The notes under the pieces: model-generated
The model's database searches: none
The model's input: only the letters and a program-made list of their open reading frames with translations
What the model was told of the DNA's origin: nothing
Shown here: positions 9,373 to 22,431 of the stretch, in pieces
Layout: each line of letters starts with the position of its first letter
Position numbering within the stretch: the stretch's first letter is position 1
Translations under genes and position numbers: made by a program
Assembly: GCA_963710605.1 (NCBI GenBank)
Contig: CAVQBA010000006.1
Coordinates: 96,001 to 160,000, forward strand
Source of the DNA: an uncultured cyanobacterium
GTDB taxonomy: Bacteria; Cyanobacteriota; Cyanobacteriia; Cyanobacteriales; Cyanobacteriaceae
Reading direction: 5' to 3'
DNA: 64,000 bases

Positions 9373-11885
9373 TTATAAAGTCTGTTGACGAATAATAAAA
9401 TTTTGCACCTTATCTCGATATATTTGTAAATGATTTTCTGCCCATTCACGACTATCACTATTGGCATAGATATGTACTAATGGTTCTCCGGCATCGGGTA
9501 AAATTGAAATCCAGTTATCAGTATGATTTTCGTTTATTTTAACGCCGTCGATTAATTCTAAATTTTCAGGTGATTCAGTTTCTACCATATGTCTCATCAA
9601 AGCCCCTTTCACCTTCCATGGGCAACGTACAGAAAATGATTTGTAGTAAACAAGAGGTAATTCGCTTCTGACTTGTGCTAATGTTCGCTCTTGAATAGTA
9701 AGCATTTCAATCAATTTAGCGATCGTAAACATGGCATCAAATCCCGGATGTAGTTGCGGAAAGATAAAGCCCATATTGCCACTACCACCTAAAACAACAT
9801 TAGGATTATTTTGGGTTGCTTCCATCAAAGCCGTTGGATTAACTTTAGTTCGAATCACGTTACCATCATGACGACGGGCAATTTGTTCAACAGCAGAGGA
9901 AGTATCAATCGGTACAACTACAGTCAATCGAGGATAAGCTGTTAAGATAGTATTCACCATCAAAGCCGTTAATTCTTGCCCTCTGATATTAATACCAGAT
10001 TCATCAACTAAAACGAGTAACTCACCATTAGCGGATACTTGTACACCAAAACTAGCATTAAGTGCTTCAACTACTTGCCCTAACTGAGACAATAAATCTT
10101 CTTTTTCAATATTAGAAATCGCTCGTTGTCGCAGACTAGCATTTAACACCACCGCATCACAATCAAATTTAGCGAGTAACTGAGGTAAAATTGCACCTGA
10201 AACTGAATAAACATAGTCGATAACAATTTTACTGTTACTATTACGCACAGCTTCTAAATTGATCAGAGTTTCAAATGTTTTACTATAAGCATCTACTACT
10301 TGAGCAGGATAAGCCATATCGCCAATATCCACTCCTTGCACTCTTCTTAAATCTTCTTTGAAATAAGCACCTTCGATTTTTTTCTCTTTGGCTTTAGAAA
10401 TATTAATCCCGTTACGATCGAAAAATTCAATTAACATATAATCATGTCGATCGGGATGAAGCCGAACATGAATACCACCAGCGACACCTAAAGTGGGTGT
10501 CATCGTACGAGAGATAGGAATGGCAGTTGCTTGCAAATTTTGAATTTCGATACCCACAGACATCAAACCAGCGATGATAGAACGACTAACCATTCGTGAT
10601 ACCGTTCTTTGATCTCTAGATACAACTACGCTACTACCGATTTTGATAGTTGAACCATAAGCCGCCCCTAATTTTACGGCAAATTCAGGAGTTATATCAA
10701 TATTAGCTAACCCCGTCACGCCCCTTTGTCCAAAAAGGTTACGATAGGCGATATTCCCCCAAATCAGGTTGATATTAAGAGTTGCACCAGATTCAATTTG
10801 TTTACTGGCAAACTTTTACGCCGATATTAATTTGAGCTTCTTCACCAATGTTACATAATCGCCGAATGACTGCCCCTTCTAAAATATGCGATCGACAATC
10901 GACTCTACTACCACGGGCGATAATACAAGCAGAAAGAGATGTTTCTTCACCAACAATTGCACCATTCCAAATAATTGGACGAGAAAGTTCGGCATCATTG
11001 CCAACAGTTACATTATCACCAATAATTGTCCCACTGAGAATTTTTGCTCTTGCACCGATACGACAGCCATCACCGATAAAAACAGGGCTTTCAACGATCG
11101 CACTAGGATCGATATATGTGTTCTCACCAATCCAAATACCAGGTTGAGTTTCTTTTGAGGTAAATTCTAACTCGACTTTTTTTTCTAATGCGTCGTAATG
11201 AGCTTCACGATAAGTATCTAAATGACCAACATCACACCAATAGCCATCAGCTACATAACCATACATCGGTTCTCCTAATTCGAGTAATAAAGGAAATAAA
11301 TCGTTGGAGAAATCAGATTCTTCGTTTTCAGGTAAATATTTTAAAACTTCAGGCTCAAGGATATAAATACCTGTATTGACTGTATCGGAAAAAATTTCAC
11401 TAGTGGAGGGTTTTTCTAAAAATCTTTGAATTTGATTTTCTTTATTGGTAATGACAACGCCAAATTCGAATCGGGTTTGGTACTCTTTTAAGAATTAAAG
11501 TAGCAGTCGCTTTTTTTTCTCGGTGAAAATCGATCGCTTCTTGTAAATTAAAATCAGTAATACTATCACCGCTAATAACGATAAAAGTATCATCTAAAAC
11601 TTCTTCAATATTTTTTACACATCCTGCCGTACCCAAAGGTTGCTCTTCTTCTACCGCATAAGTAAGATTCACACCAAAATCACTACCGTCATGAAAATAG
11701 TTGCGCATCACATCGGGTAAATAATGTACCGTAGCGATCACCTCAGTAATACCGTATTTTCTCAGTAAATTGATGATATGTTCGGCAATAGGTCGGTTTA
11801 AAACAGGTACCATTGGCTTGGGTAAGTCACAAGTCAAAGGGCGTAATCTTGTCCCCGAACCTCCAGCCATTAAAACAGCACGCAT
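9373..11885 (-). CDS. Bifunctional mannose-1-phosphate guanylyltransferase / phosphomannomutase-like protein; two apparent frameshifts (~11465, ~10810)
   Basis: MRAVLMAGGSGTRLRPLT..PKPM NTP-transferase, YWCDVG, hexapeptide repeats, then PGM/PMM domains GLANIDITPEFAVKLG; joins three ORFs. Confidence 0.9.
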
Positions 11886-12227
11886 AAAACCTCCTATAAA
11901 AGCAACTTATTTATCTATCAATGTAAACTATTTCTTAAATATCTTCTGTAGATATTGATTTTTCTTAACGTCCGTCTAGCAATGAACAATGGACAATTGA
12001 CAATTGACAATTACCAATAAAATATAGTAAAAACACAATCGTGTTGAATATATAGCAGAAAACTTCTGTAGTTAGGACACAACTTAAAAGAGAAACGATG
12101 ATACTCGATCGGAATTTTATCTTTGTCCGCAAGTCCATTGCTATACCATCAATAAATACCGTAGGGGCTGAATACTATTCAACCCACATACAATTTGTAA
12201 ACTGTAGCAAAGAGACTTTAAACACAC

Positions 12228-12283
12228 ACTCCTTACTCCTTACTCCTTACTCCTTACTCCTTACTCCTTACTCATTACTCCTT
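12228..12283. repeat. Heptamer tandem repeat (ACTCCTT)x8, one unit ACTCATT; STRR-like
   Basis: Read directly; abuts the purB stop. Confidence 0.95.
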
Positions 12284-12284
12284 A

Positions 12285-13581
12285 TCAAATACCTAATTTT
12301 TGAAAAACCACATCCAAATTTTGTAAATGTTCTTTAGGATCAAAACAAGTATTAATTTCGAGTTCTGATAATAACTCTTTTACTTGCTCATTTTCTTCAA
12401 TTAGTTTACGGAAATTGCCATTAGTTGTATTCCATGCTTGATGGGCGCAACCTTGCACTACACTATAAGCTTCTTCCCGACTCATACCTTTACCGACTAA
12501 AGCCAATAATACTTTTTGACTAAATATTACTCCACCATAGACATTCATGTTTCTTTCCATATTGTCTGGATAAACCAACAGATTTTGCACCAAATTAGTG
12601 GTTTCTTTCAGCATAAAATGAATCAAAATGCAAGTATCAGGTAAGATAACTCTTTCGACTGAACTATGAGAAATATCTCTTTCGTGCCACAAAGCGACGT
12701 TTTCTAAAGCGGCGACGGCGTTACCTCTAATAATTCTCGCCATACCCGTAATTCTTTCACTACGAATGGGGTTACGTTTATGGGGCATTGCTGATGAGCC
12801 TTTTTGTTTTTTCAGAGAAATATTCTTCTACTTCTAAAACATCGGTACGTTGCATATTACGCACTTCAACCGCAAATCTTTCTAAGGAGGCGGCGAGTAA
12901 AGCTAATTGTTGCACAAATTCTGCGTGACGATCGCGCGATATTACTTGAGTGGATGCTGTATCTGGTTCTAATCCTAATTTAGAACAAGCGATCAATTCT
13001 ACACGAGGATCAATATTAGCATAAGTACCGACAGCCCCAGAAATTTGCCCGACTGCTATATCTTTACGTAAACGAACTAATCGCTTACGATTACGACGCA
13101 TTTCTGCTAACCAACCTGCTAACTTAAAACCGAAGGTAATTGGTTCTGCATGAATACCATGCGATCGTCCTACCATGATAGTATAACGGTGTTTTTGGGC
13201 TTGATGACGAATAGCTTGAATTGTTTCTTCTACACATTCAAGGATCAAATTTAAACTAGCTACCATCTGTAAAGCAAGGGCTGTATCTAGCATATCAGAG
13301 CTAGTCATGCCTAAATGAATATAACGACCTGCATCTCCTACATATTCATTGACGTTAGTTAAAAAAGCAATTACATCGTGGCGAACTTCTGCTTCTATTT
13401 CTAAAACCCGATTAACGTCAAAATCAGCTTTAGCTTTAATTTCTTCTACTGCTTCGGTGGGAATTTTGCCTAATTCTGCCTGTGCTTCACATACAGCTAT
13501 TTCTACTTCTAACCATGTTTTTAAACGATATTCATCTGTCCAAATCGAACCCATTGCGGGTAAAGTGTAGCGTTCTATCAC
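12285..13581 (-). CDS. purB: Adenylosuccinate lyase; apparent frameshift near 12810
   Basis: MIERYT, RHDVIAF, HLGMTSSD, GRSHGIHAEP; the (S)SAMPHKRNP signature is split across frames. Confidence 0.96.
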
Positions 13582-13840
13582 GGCAACTTTTCTTCTTAAT
13601 CTTTCAAATACAACCTTTCTATCTTATCAGCACTTAGTCAGAAGAATTGAGAATTAAGGCAAAAGGATGAAGGAAGAGAAATAATTAAATTGCGACTTTT
13701 TTACTTTCAATTTTTAACTGTTCTCTAATCATCAATCGTTAATCACTATAATAGTTATAGCTCTAATGAGTTTGAATCTTACCTCAATCAACCATCTGTT
13801 TGATTATTAATTACTAATTACTAATTATTAATTAGCCCTC

Positions 13841-16800
13841 ATGCCATTTAATTCCTTAATTCGATCGATTTCTCAATCTCCTTTAACCACCAGTTTAATT
13901 GATAAATTAAATACCGCATCTACTCTACGTTTGCAAGGTGCTTCTCGTTTAGCTAAAGGTATCGTTACTTCTGCGATAACTCAAAAACAAAACAAAAATC
14001 TTCTTATTGTTTGTGCAACTTTAGAAGAAGCCGCTCGTTGGATGGCTCAAATTGAGCTAATGGGTTGGAAAGGGCGTTATTTTTATCCGACCTCCGAAGC
14101 AAGTCCGTATGAGTCTTTCGATCGTGAATCCGAGATGATTTGGGGGCAATTGCAGACTTTATCAAGTTTGGTCAATCGAGATGATGATTCCCAAAATTTA
14201 GTCATCGTAACCACCGAAAAAGCTCTCCAACCTCATTTACCGCCACCATCAGTATTAGCCGAATATTGTCTTAATCTGGTTAAAGGGATGACTTTTGAAA
14301 GTAAGCAAATAGACATTACCTTAGCCAAGATGGGTTATGAAAGAGTCAATTTAGTTGAAACAGAAGGGCAATGGAGTAAACGAGGAGATTTGATTGATAT
14401 TTTTCCTGTCTCTGCTGAGTTACCGATACGTTTGGAGTGGTTTGGGGATGAGTTAGAAAACATCCGTGAATTTGATCCAGCAACTCAACGTAGTTTAGAA
14501 AAGATTGAAGAGTTTCGTCTGACACCGACAAATTACCAGACTATTATCGGGCAGAATATACCCAGCCTAGAAACGATTAAACCATATTTATCCGCTTCTG
14601 AGCAAGAACAATTAAATGAAGAAATTTATCCCGAAGGATTAAGTCGTTTTTTGGGTTTTGCTTTTGACGATCGAGTTGCTTCAATTATTGATTATCTTCC
14701 TAGTAACACTATAGTAGCAATCGATGAATTAAATCAATGTTTAGCTCATGGTCATATTTGGCTTGAACAAGCACAAGAAAAATGGCAGTTAATTAATGAG
14801 TTAAAAGCAGGTGAAAATGTTGAGCCTTTAATTAAAATTCACCGAGATTTTAGTGAAAGTTTAAACTTAATTAAATTCCCGCAAATTTATCTAGATGAAA
14901 TAGCTTATGAAGATGATGAAAATAATCAACCAAGTTTAGATATTTCCACTCGTCCATTACCAGTTTCTCCTCATCAATTTGCTAAAATAGGCGAATTATT
15001 AAGAGGTAAAAAAGAAGTCTCAGAAACAATCAATTTAAGTAAGTATAATAGTTGGTTAATTTCTGCTCAACCTTCTCGCTCTGTTGCTTTATTACAAGAA
15101 CATGATTGCCCTGCTCAATTTATCCCTAATCCGCTTGATTTTGGCATAATTGAAAAAATGCACAGACAACATACAGCGGTTGCTTTAAAGTATTCAGGAC
15201 AAGCAGAATTAGAAGGATTTATTTTACCGACATTTAGAATAGTTGTTGTTACCGATAAAGAATTTTTTGGACAACATAATTTAGCTACCCCAAGTTATAT
15301 CAGAAAACGTCGTCGAGCGGCATCTAAGCAAGTTGATTTAAACAAGTTAAGACCAAAAGATTTTATTGTTCATAAGTATCATGGAATTGGACAATTTTTA
15401 GAATTAGAAACTTATCAAAGCCGAGAATATTTAGTGATTAAATATGCCGATGGAACTTTAAAAGTTCCCGCTGACAGTTTAGACTTAGTCAGCCGTTATC
15501 GACAGACAGGAGAAAAACCCCCTAGTCTTAATAAAATGTCGAGTAAACAATGGCAGGGAGTTAAAAATAAAGTCAAAAAATCGATTAAAAAATTAGCGGT
15601 AGATTTAGTCAAATTATATGCTAAAAGAAGTGAACTAACAGGTTATGCTTATCCTGAAGATTCTCCTTGGCAAAGGGAATTAGAAGATTCATTTCCTTAT
15701 CAAGCAACACCTGATCAATTAAAAGCGGTTAAAGATGTAAAAATAGATTTAGAAAGCGATCGACCAATGGATAGATTAGTCTGTGGCGATGTTGGTTTTG
15801 GTAAAACAGAAGTAGCAATTAGAAGTATTTTTAAAGTAGTTACTACAGGTAATAAACAAGTTGCTTTTTTAGCCCCCACTACTATTTTATCCCAGCAACA
15901 TTATCATACTTTAACCGAAAGATTTGCTCCTTATCCTATTAATATTGGTTTACTTAATCGCTTCCGTACCAAGTCAGAAGTTAAGGAAATAAAACAAAAA
16001 TTAGCAACAGGAGAATTAGATGTTGTCGTCGGTACTCATCTACTTTTAGGGGATACTGTAAAATACAGAGATTTAGGTTTATTAGTAATAGATGAAGAGC
16101 AAAGATTTGGCGTTAATCATAAAGAAAAAATAAAAGAAGCAAAAACTTCAGTGGATGTCTTAACCCTCAGTGCAACCCCAATTCCTCGTACTCTTTATAT
16201 GTCTATTTCTGGGGTGAGAGAAATGAGTTTGATTACCACACCCCCACCAAGTCGTCGCCCGATTAAAACCCATATTTCTCCATTTAAAAAAGCGGCAATT
16301 CGCACTGCTATTCGTAATGAATTAGATCGAGGCGGACAAGTTTTTTACGTGGTTGCTCGGATTGAAAGAATAGACAAAGTATTGGTAATGCTCAAAGAAA
16401 TGATACCGAGTTTGAGAATTGCGATCGCACACGGACAAATGGGTGAAGGGGAATTAGAGTCAACGATGCTTGGTTTTAATAATGGCGATGCGGATTTACT
16501 TATCTGTACGACAATTATTGAGTCGGGTTTGGATATACCGAGGGTGAATACAATTATTATTGAATCAGCTCATCGTTTTGGTTTATCACAATTGTATCAA
16601 CTGCGGGGACGAGTAGGTCGATCGGGTATTCAAGCCCATGCTTGGTTGTTTTATTCTAATAAGCAAGCTTTGTCTGATATTGCTCGTAAAAGACTCAGGG
16701 CGTTACAGGAGTTTTCTCAATTAGGCTCAGGTTATCAGTTAGCAATGCGAGATATGGAAATTAGAGGAGTAGGTAGCCTCTTAGGAGCTCAACAGTCGGG

Positions 16801-17344
16801 GCAAATGGAAGCGATCGGTTTTGAAATGTACACCCAGTTGTTAAAAGAAGCAATTAATGAAATACAAGGGCAAGAGATACCGCAGGTAGAGGATACGCAA
16901 CTAGACTTAAGACTGACTGCGTTTATACCTAATAGTTATATTAATGACTTAGAACAAAAAATGGATGCTTATCGAGATGTGGCTACAGTCACTTCTAACA
17001 AACAAATAAAACAAATTAAAGCTGATTGGCAAGACAGATATGGTGATATTCCTTCTCCTGTGGAACAATTATTACAACTAGCTCAGTTAAAATTGAAAGC
17101 TAAATCGATCGGTTTTTCTCGGATTAAACCAGAAGGTAAAAAGAATATTGTTTTAGAAACACCAATGTTAGAGCCAGCTTGGGAGTTATTAGCCGATAAA
17201 TTACCTAAACATATTAGTAGTCGTTTTATGTATGGCGAGAAGAAAGTGATTGCTAAAGGTTTGGGGATGATGAAACCTTCATTGCAGTTAGAAACGCTTA
17301 ATAATTGGTTTGATTATCTTACCGAAGTAGAAAAAGAAGGGTAG
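13841..17344 (+). CDS. mfd: Transcription-repair coupling factor
   Basis: UvrB-like N-terminus, Car[40 protein letters not shown]-terminus. Confidence 0.98.
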   Translation: MPFNSLIRSISQSPLTTSLIDKLNTASTLRLQGASRLAKGIVTSAITQKQNKNLLIVCATLEEAARWMAQIELMGWKGRYFYPTSEASPYESFDRESEMIWGQLQTLSSLVNRDDDSQNLVIVTTEKALQPHLPPPSVLAEYCLNLVKGMTFESKQIDITLAKMGYERVNLVETEGQWSKRGDLIDIFPVSAELPIRLEWFGDELENIREFDPATQRSLEKIEEFRLTPTNYQTIIGQNIPSLETIKPYLSASEQEQLNEEIYPEGLSRFLGFAFDDRVASIIDYLPSNTIVAIDELNQCLAHGHIWLEQAQEKWQLINELKAGENVEPLIKIHRDFSESLNLIKFPQIYLDEIAYEDDENNQPSLDISTRPLPVSPHQFAKIGELLRGKKEVSETINLSKYNSWLISAQPSRSVALLQEHDCPAQFIPNPLDFGIIEKMHRQHTAVALKYSGQAELEGFILPTFRIVVVTDKEFFGQHNLATPSYIRKRRRAASKQVDLNKLRPKDFIVHKYHGIGQFLELETYQSREYLVIKYADGTLKVPADSLDLVSRYRQTGEKPPSLNKMSSKQWQGVKNKVKKSIKKLAVDLVKLYAKRSELTGYAYPEDSPWQRELEDSFPYQATPDQLKAVKDVKIDLESDRPMDRLVCGDVGFGKTEVAIRSIFKVVTTGNKQVAFLAPTTILSQQHYHTLTERFAPYPINIGLLNRFRTKSEVKEIKQKLATGELDVVVGTHLLLGDTVKYRDLGLLVIDEEQRFGVNHKEKIKEAKTSVDVLTLSATPIPRTLYMSISGVREMSLITTPPPSRRPIKTHISPFKKAAIRTAIRNELDRGGQVFYVVARIERIDKVLVMLKEMIPSLRIAIAHGQMGEGELESTMLGFNNGDADLLICTTIIESGLDIPRVNTIIIESAHRFGLSQLYQLRGRVGRSGIQAHAWLFYSNKQALSDIARKRLRALQEFSQLGSGYQLAMRDMEIRGVGSLLGAQQSGQMEAIGFEMYTQLLKEAINEIQGQEIPQVEDTQLDLRLTAFIPNSYINDLEQKMDAYRDVATVTSNKQIKQIKADWQDRYGDIPSPVEQLLQLAQLKLKAKSIGFSRIKPEGKKNIVLETPMLEPAWELLADKLPKHISSRFMYGEKKVIAKGLGMMKPSLQLETLNNWFDYLTEVEKEG

Positions 17345-17375
17345 CAATGAACAATAAACAGTTAAGCATTATTCT

Positions 17376-17685
17376 CTTACCCCACCACATATTGATTTTA
17401 AGAACGACAATAGACCATTTTAGAGGTATTTCAACTATTTTTATTTACCAAAAACTGATACTTTCAAGCGATCGAAATTATCAAAAATATCAGCGATTAG
17501 AAAATAATCATTACCTAAATTCAAGGAAAATCGATAATTAATCCAATATAGTCATTGATCTCGCGTTAATGACAAAATAGAAATCGAAATAGATTGAAGT
17601 TATATTTAAGTATGGTTTTGAGAGTTTAGAAATAGATCCATCGCCTCTGAATATGATTTAATTATTATTGTGTGGTGGGGTAAGC
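17376..17685. mobile_element. ~310-bp MITE / internally deleted IS
   Basis: Perfect 14-bp TIR CTTACCCCACCACA (17376-17389) / TGTGGTGGGGTAAG (17671-17684); flanking direct repeat CATTATTCT at 17367-17375 and 17686-17694. Confidence 0.8.
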
Positions 17686-17764
17686 CATTATTCTCAACTC
17701 TCCATTCTCAAACTTACTTATTTTATAATGAACAATATAATCGCTATTACAAATAAGAAAAAGT

Positions 17765-17998
17765 ATGAAAATAGCAACTATAGACATTAATCAAGCCTTG
17801 CCTCAGATACATAAATTATTAGAAAATGCTTCAAATGGAGAAGAAATTATTATTACTAAAAATAACCAACCAATGGTTAAAATAAGTTCGATCGAACTTA
17901 TCAATCAACGTCCATCTTTATTTGGTATTGATAAAAATATTATTGATATTACAGATGATTTTGATGAACCTTTAGAGGATTTTAATGATTATATATAA
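17765..17998 (+). CDS. Phd/YefM-family antitoxin
   Basis: LLENASNGEEIIITKNNQPMVKI...DDFDEPLEDF; stop/start overlap with the PIN gene. Confidence 0.88.
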   Translation: MKIATIDINQALPQIHKLLENASNGEEIIITKNNQPMVKISSIELINQRPSLFGIDKNIIDITDDFDEPLEDFNDYI

Positions 17999-18387
17999 TG
18001 AAGTTACTTTTAGATACTCACAGTTTAATTTGGTTTTTTAGTGGTAATTCCAAACTTAGTGAAACAGCAAGAATGTTAATGGAAGACATTAATCATCAAA
18101 AACTGATTAGCTTAGTTAGTGTTTGGGAAATGGCAATTAAACAAAGTAAAGGTAAATTAAGTTTATCTTTACCAGTGGAAGATTATATTAACCAAAAAGC
18201 TGAATTAGAAGATTATGAAATAATACCTATAAATCTAAACCATTTAGGTCTTGTTTCTACATTACCTTTCTATCACAACGATCCTTTTGATAGGCTGTTA
18301 ATCGCTCAATCAGTAGTAGAAAATATTCCTATCATAACTAAAGATAACGCTTTTTCTGCTTATAATATTCAAATAATTTGGAATTAA
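17998..18387 (+). CDS. VapC/PIN toxin
   Basis: MKLLLDTHSLIW, SVWEMAIK, HNDPFDRLLIAQ, ITKD. Confidence 0.93.
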   Translation: MKLLLDTHSLIWFFSGNSKLSETARMLMEDINHQKLISLVSVWEMAIKQSKGKLSLSLPVEDYINQKAELEDYEIIPINLNHLGLVSTLPFYHNDPFDRLLIAQSVVENIPIITKDNAFSAYNIQIIWN

Positions 18388-18496
18388 TACGAGTAATTGT
18401 TGTCTGTAGATTAATTAAAATTAAAAGAAAAATAGATCGTTTTTTATTTAAAAAAACAAGTTTTTAGTAATTAAAAATGGCTGATTATCACTGATT

Positions 18497-19432
18497 TTAT
18501 TTGAGCCAATTCATTAAGTCATCGATCGAATTAAAATCTAAAAGTGCCTCCCCCAAATCTTCTAATTGAGATAGAGGCAAATTTCTGACTTTGTTTTCGT
18601 ATTGCGACGGTAAATCTTTTACTTTTCTTTTGAGAAGACGTATAACTAATTCTATTTCCTGTTGCATACCTTGTTGCATACCTTGTTGCATACCTTGTTG
18701 CATACCTTCAAGGCGACTTTCTGCTAGTTTTTTTTCGTAAATAGGTGATAATTTCATAATTAATTCCTCATCTTCTTGGGTTAGTTTTTGCGAATCTTGT
18801 TTTTTTGCTTCTAACATCGTATAAAGATTTGATATTAATTCTAATACATTCTCTCGATGAGGATGAGCTTCGGGCAATTGTTTTAATTCATCAATCGCAT
18901 TTTCTTGTACTTTTCCTTTGCCTAATATTCTCAGCCACAATGTGTCTTTATTTTTGGGTAACTGATGAATAACTATTATTCCTGTATCTAATGCTGATGG
19001 TAATTGATAAATACCTGCTAAATCTTCTTCTTTTTGTTTAGCCTCAAATGAATTCAAAATATTTTGTGATAATGTTGGGGTTAAAATCCACAATTTCACT
19101 TCCTGATTTTCGCTCTTTTTATCTGAAGTATTTTTTCTTTTTGCTCTCTTGATTTCTCTTTTTACTTCAATCAATTTACCGATACACTCATTAATTTCTT
19201 CTGTAGAAACATGATTGCGATAGACTTCAAATAAGCAAATTGTTTGCAAAAATTTACTTAGCCATCCGACTATATTTTCAACATTAGTAGGTAAAGTTTT
19301 TGTCGGTTCAAAAAAAACATCTATCTCTTTAATCTGACTTCTGATTTTTTTCCCTTCTTGAGGTATTCCGTAATCGGAAATTAATTCAGGAATATATTGT
19401 TTGACAAACTCATCATGAGGAAATTGACTCAT
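18497..19432 (-). CDS. Rpn-like PD-(D/E)xK nuclease-family protein with DUF4351 C-terminus
   Basis: HDEFVKQY, EIDVFFEP, LFEVYR, TLWLRILGKG, (GMQQ)x4, LEDLGEALLDFNSIDDLMNWL. Confidence 0.8.
   Translation of the reverse strand: MSQFPHDEFVKQYIPELISDYGIPQEGKKIRSQIKEIDVFFEPTKTLPTNVENIVGWLSKFLQTICLFEVYRNHVSTEEINECIGKLIEVKREIKRAKRKNTSDKKSENQEVKLWILTPTLSQNILNSFEAKQKEEDLAGIYQLPSALDTGIIVIHQLPKNKDTLWLRILGKGKVQENAIDELKQLPEAHPHRENVLELISNLYTMLEAKKQDSQKLTQEDEELIMKLSPIYEKKLAESRLEGMQQGMQQGMQQGMQQEIELVIRLLKRKVKDLPSQYENKVRNLPLSQLEDLGEALLDFNSIDDLMNWLK
18660..18707. repeat. Intragenic 12-nt tandem repeat x4 (GMQQ)
   Basis: tgttgcatacct x4. Confidence 0.9.
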
Positions 19433-19694
19433 TTTTTCTTCTTTAAGGGCGATCGTATTACGAACAAAGATATTATACTGGATAATATACGATCGTTTTA
19501 TTCGATAAAATTCACTTTGATAACTAATTTACGAAGAGATAATTTACAGTATCAAAATTAGGTTATTCTTGAGTTTTTTTAAGTTGGTTGTTAGGTTTCT
19601 TTCTTTATTTTGTCTCGTTTATATATCGATCTTTTTTAAACTTCAAATTTTTATGACGAAATTGGTTCTTTTAATAGATGACAACAATACTAGT

Positions 19695-20127
19695 TCATCT
19701 CCCTTCTCCATCTCCATATTGAGGTCCAATAATCAAAGTACCATCAGGCATCCAAGTATGACAAATCAAGTTTCGCAATCCGCAAATGTGTTCGACAGGA
19801 ATCCTAGCTTTATAAAAACTAGCATTAGCCAAAATTGCACACTCGAAGGCATTTAATATAGCTCCATTGAAAGAAGCACAACAAGCATTCATATGAGTTA
19901 AAACACTGCCGCTAAAATCGGCATCATGTAATTTAGCCCAACTTAAGTTGACATGATGCAAATTGGCATCTCTGATAATCGCATTAGACAAATTGGTATT
20001 AGCTAAAAAAGCCCCAGATAAATTAGCCTCAGATAGATTAGCTTCAGACAAATCAGCCCTAGATAGATTAGCCCCAGATAAATTAATATTTTGTAAGTTA
20101 ATACCTCGAAGATCGATTCGTTCACCT
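19695..20127 (-). CDS. Pentapeptide-repeat protein, probably 5'-truncated
   Basis: ANLSEANLSGAFLANTNLS; the repeats extend upstream of the TTG start (GERIDLRGINLQNINLSGANLSRADLS) to an in-frame stop with no ATG. Confidence 0.7.
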
Positions 20128-20264
20128 CAAACCAACATTGTTATCACCTATAAAATAACAGACTTACCTATCCAAATAGAATAAGTTAGACAATTGTCAG
20201 CTATCAATTATTCGCTATTTTGTGTCATAATCTATAGATACTGTGTATTTAAGAACTAGAGCTT

Positions 20265-21398
20265 GTGGTAACGACCAATATTCATCAATCCCCAACTAAT
20301 TATCAGACTAAGTCTGGCTGGAAAGGCTTAATAGAAGAGTATAAACATTATTTACCCGTTACAGACGCTACACCGATTATCACTCTACGTGAGGGCAACA
20401 CGCCTCTAATTCCTGTACCTTCTATTTCCAAGATGATTGGTCGTAATATTAAAGTCTATGCCAAATATGATGGCTTGAACCCTACAGGCTCGTTTAAAGA
20501 TAGGGGTATGACTATGGCTATTTCTAAAGCCAAAGAAGAAGGAGCGAAAGCTGTTATTTGTGCTAGTACTGGGAATACTTCCGCCGCCGCCGCCGCTTAT
20601 GCAACCAGAGCGGGAATGAAGGCTTTTGTGATGATTCCTGATGGTTATGTAGCTTTAGGCAAACTTGGACAAGCTCTAATTTATGGTGCAGAGATACTAG
20701 CGATCGAAGGTAATTTTGATGATGCACTTACCATAGTTAGACAAATAGCCGAAAGTTATCCCGTTACTTTAGTTAACTCAGTCAATCCTTATCGTTTGGA
20801 AGGACAAAAAACAGCGGCTTTTGAAATTGTTGATACCCTTGGTGATGTACCCGATTGGTTAGCGATTCCTGTTGGTAATGCTGGTAATATTACTGCTTAC
20901 TGGATGGGTTTTTGTCAGTATCATAGCGATAAAAAATGTACTCGACTTCCTCGGATGATGGGATTTCAAGCTTCTGGTGCCGCACCTTTTATTAACGGTC
21001 ATAAAGTTGATAATCCTGAAACGATTGCTACTGCTATTCGGATTGGTAATCCTGCTAACTGGGATAAAGCGATCGCCGTTCAAGAGGCTTCTCAAGGTGA
21101 ATTTAATGCAGTTACTGATCAAGAAATTTTAGAGGCTTATAAAATTTTAGGTAGAGAAGAAGGTATTTTTTGCGAACCTGCAAGTGCGGCATCTGTAGCT
21201 GGTATTTTAAAACACAAAGATAAAATTCCTGAAAATGGTACTGTTGTCTGCGTCTTAACAGGTAATGGTCTAAAAGATCCAGATACTGCTATTAATACGA
21301 ATGCTAATGGTATTAAAGGTGGTATTAAAGCTGATTTACATGAAGTAGCAAAAATTATGGGATTTAGTATTAGTAAGAATTCATTGTATTTTCTTTGA
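20265..21398 (+). CDS. thrC: Threonine synthase
   Basis: [42 protein letters not shown]. Confidence 0.96.
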   Translation: MVTTNIHQSPTNYQTKSGWKGLIEEYKHYLPVTDATPIITLREGNTPLIPVPSISKMIGRNIKVYAKYDGLNPTGSFKDRGMTMAISKAKEEGAKAVICASTGNTSAAAAAYATRAGMKAFVMIPDGYVALGKLGQALIYGAEILAIEGNFDDALTIVRQIAESYPVTLVNSVNPYRLEGQKTAAFEIVDTLGDVPDWLAIPVGNAGNITAYWMGFCQYHSDKKCTRLPRMMGFQASGAAPFINGHKVDNPETIATAIRIGNPANWDKAIAVQEASQGEFNAVTDQEILEAYKILGREEGIFCEPASAASVAGILKHKDKIPENGTVVCVLTGNGLKDPDTAINTNANGIKGGIKADLHEVAKIMGFSISKNSLYFL

Positions 21399-21648
21399 TT
21401 AATTGTCGGGTTTTATTGCATAAACCTTAATCTGCTAATTCTCAATTTTATGGCTAGACATCTGGAAATAATTATCCGTTGTAGTTTAATTTATTACACG
21501 GTATTTTTTGCCTTGTCTTTAGCAAGGTTTTCGTCTTATCTATTAGCCTGTAATCATAATTAATTACTGAGTTTTCTATAATTAAGGTAATGCAGGTTAT
21601 ACTAATAGGAATTAGTTTCTGCTTTGCTGTTTTTAATAATGCCCTAAC

Positions 21649-22242
21649 ATGACTAGAGATTCACGTCTGACACCACCACCACCACAACCACCTTCAGCAT
21701 CATTACCTGCCACAATTCAGAAAGTTTCCCGAAGTTTACAACGTTGGGGATTTTGGAGTTTTTGGTCACAATTAGTCTTAGGAGTTATTTCAACTGTTAC
21801 TTTACTTTTTGCTACTCCTGCTTTATTTGAAGCCCAAGAAAGTCTTCAAGGTGTTCAATTTGGAATTTTTTCAGCTTTTATTAGTATAACTTTATTGATT
21901 ATTGCGATCGTTATCTCTTTTCGTTATAGCAAAATTGGTCGCAAAATTCAAAATAGAGATCCTGTAATGCGTCCGAAAAAGTCGGATACTTTTAAATTAA
22001 TTAGAACAGGGATTATTCTGAATCTAGTCGGGATGTTGTTTTCAGTATTGGGTGCTGAAGCACTAGTTGGTATAGCATTAGCAAAACTATTAACTTTATC
22101 TCCTCAATTGATCGGTTCAAATCCTCAGCAATATGTTAATTCTCTCGATTTATTAATTATTCAAGCTAACACAAACACGATCGCCGCTCATTTTGCTGGT
22201 TTAGTAACTAGCTTGATTTTATATAACAATATCAACAATTAA
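21649..22242 (+). CDS. DUF3611-family membrane protein
   Basis: GFWSFWSQLVLGVIS...LDLLIIQANTNTIAAHFAGL. Confidence 0.85.
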   Translation: MTRDSRLTPPPPQPPSASLPATIQKVSRSLQRWGFWSFWSQLVLGVISTVTLLFATPALFEAQESLQGVQFGIFSAFISITLLIIAIVISFRYSKIGRKIQNRDPVMRPKKSDTFKLIRTGIILNLVGMLFSVLGAEALVGIALAKLLTLSPQLIGSNPQQYVNSLDLLIIQANTNTIAAHFAGLVTSLILYNNINN

Positions 22243-22249
22243 AAAATAT

Positions 22250-22420
22250 ATTGGTTTCCGCATTAATGAGGTACAGTTTATATTTGCAAGTCCCCTAGAA
22301 ACAAAAGCGAAGCATCCTTAAATTTCCCCCTTACAAAGGGGAGGGGCTGTCACCTGAATTGATTTCAGGTGCTTGTAAGCCCCGTGGGAAGGGGGATGGG
22401 GATTTAGGGGGATTGCTATT
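22250..22420. repeat. Composite REP/MITE-like element, reverse-complement homologue of 52170-52252
   Basis: aaaagcgaagcatcctt matches the reverse complement of aaggatgcttcgctttt; ggggatttaggggg motif. Confidence 0.7.
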
Positions 22421-22431
22421 TATTAATTATC

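Noticed and set aside
12098-12337. 79-aa ORF with LLTPYS repeats
   Set aside because: It is a translation of the heptamer repeat and overlaps purB antisense.
620-13000. Programmed frameshifting or true pseudogenisation of uvrA, purB and the PMM gene
   Set aside because: There is no consistent slippery motif; the density of breaks and purB essentiality favour sequencing error.
17347-17541. 64-aa ORF after mfd
   Set aside because: It runs across the MITE boundary and has no recognisable motifs.
21360-21398. Unusual C-terminal extension of ThrC ([10 protein letters not shown])
   Set aside because: One extra T in ggatttag would end the protein at MGF, so this is probably another homopolymer error.
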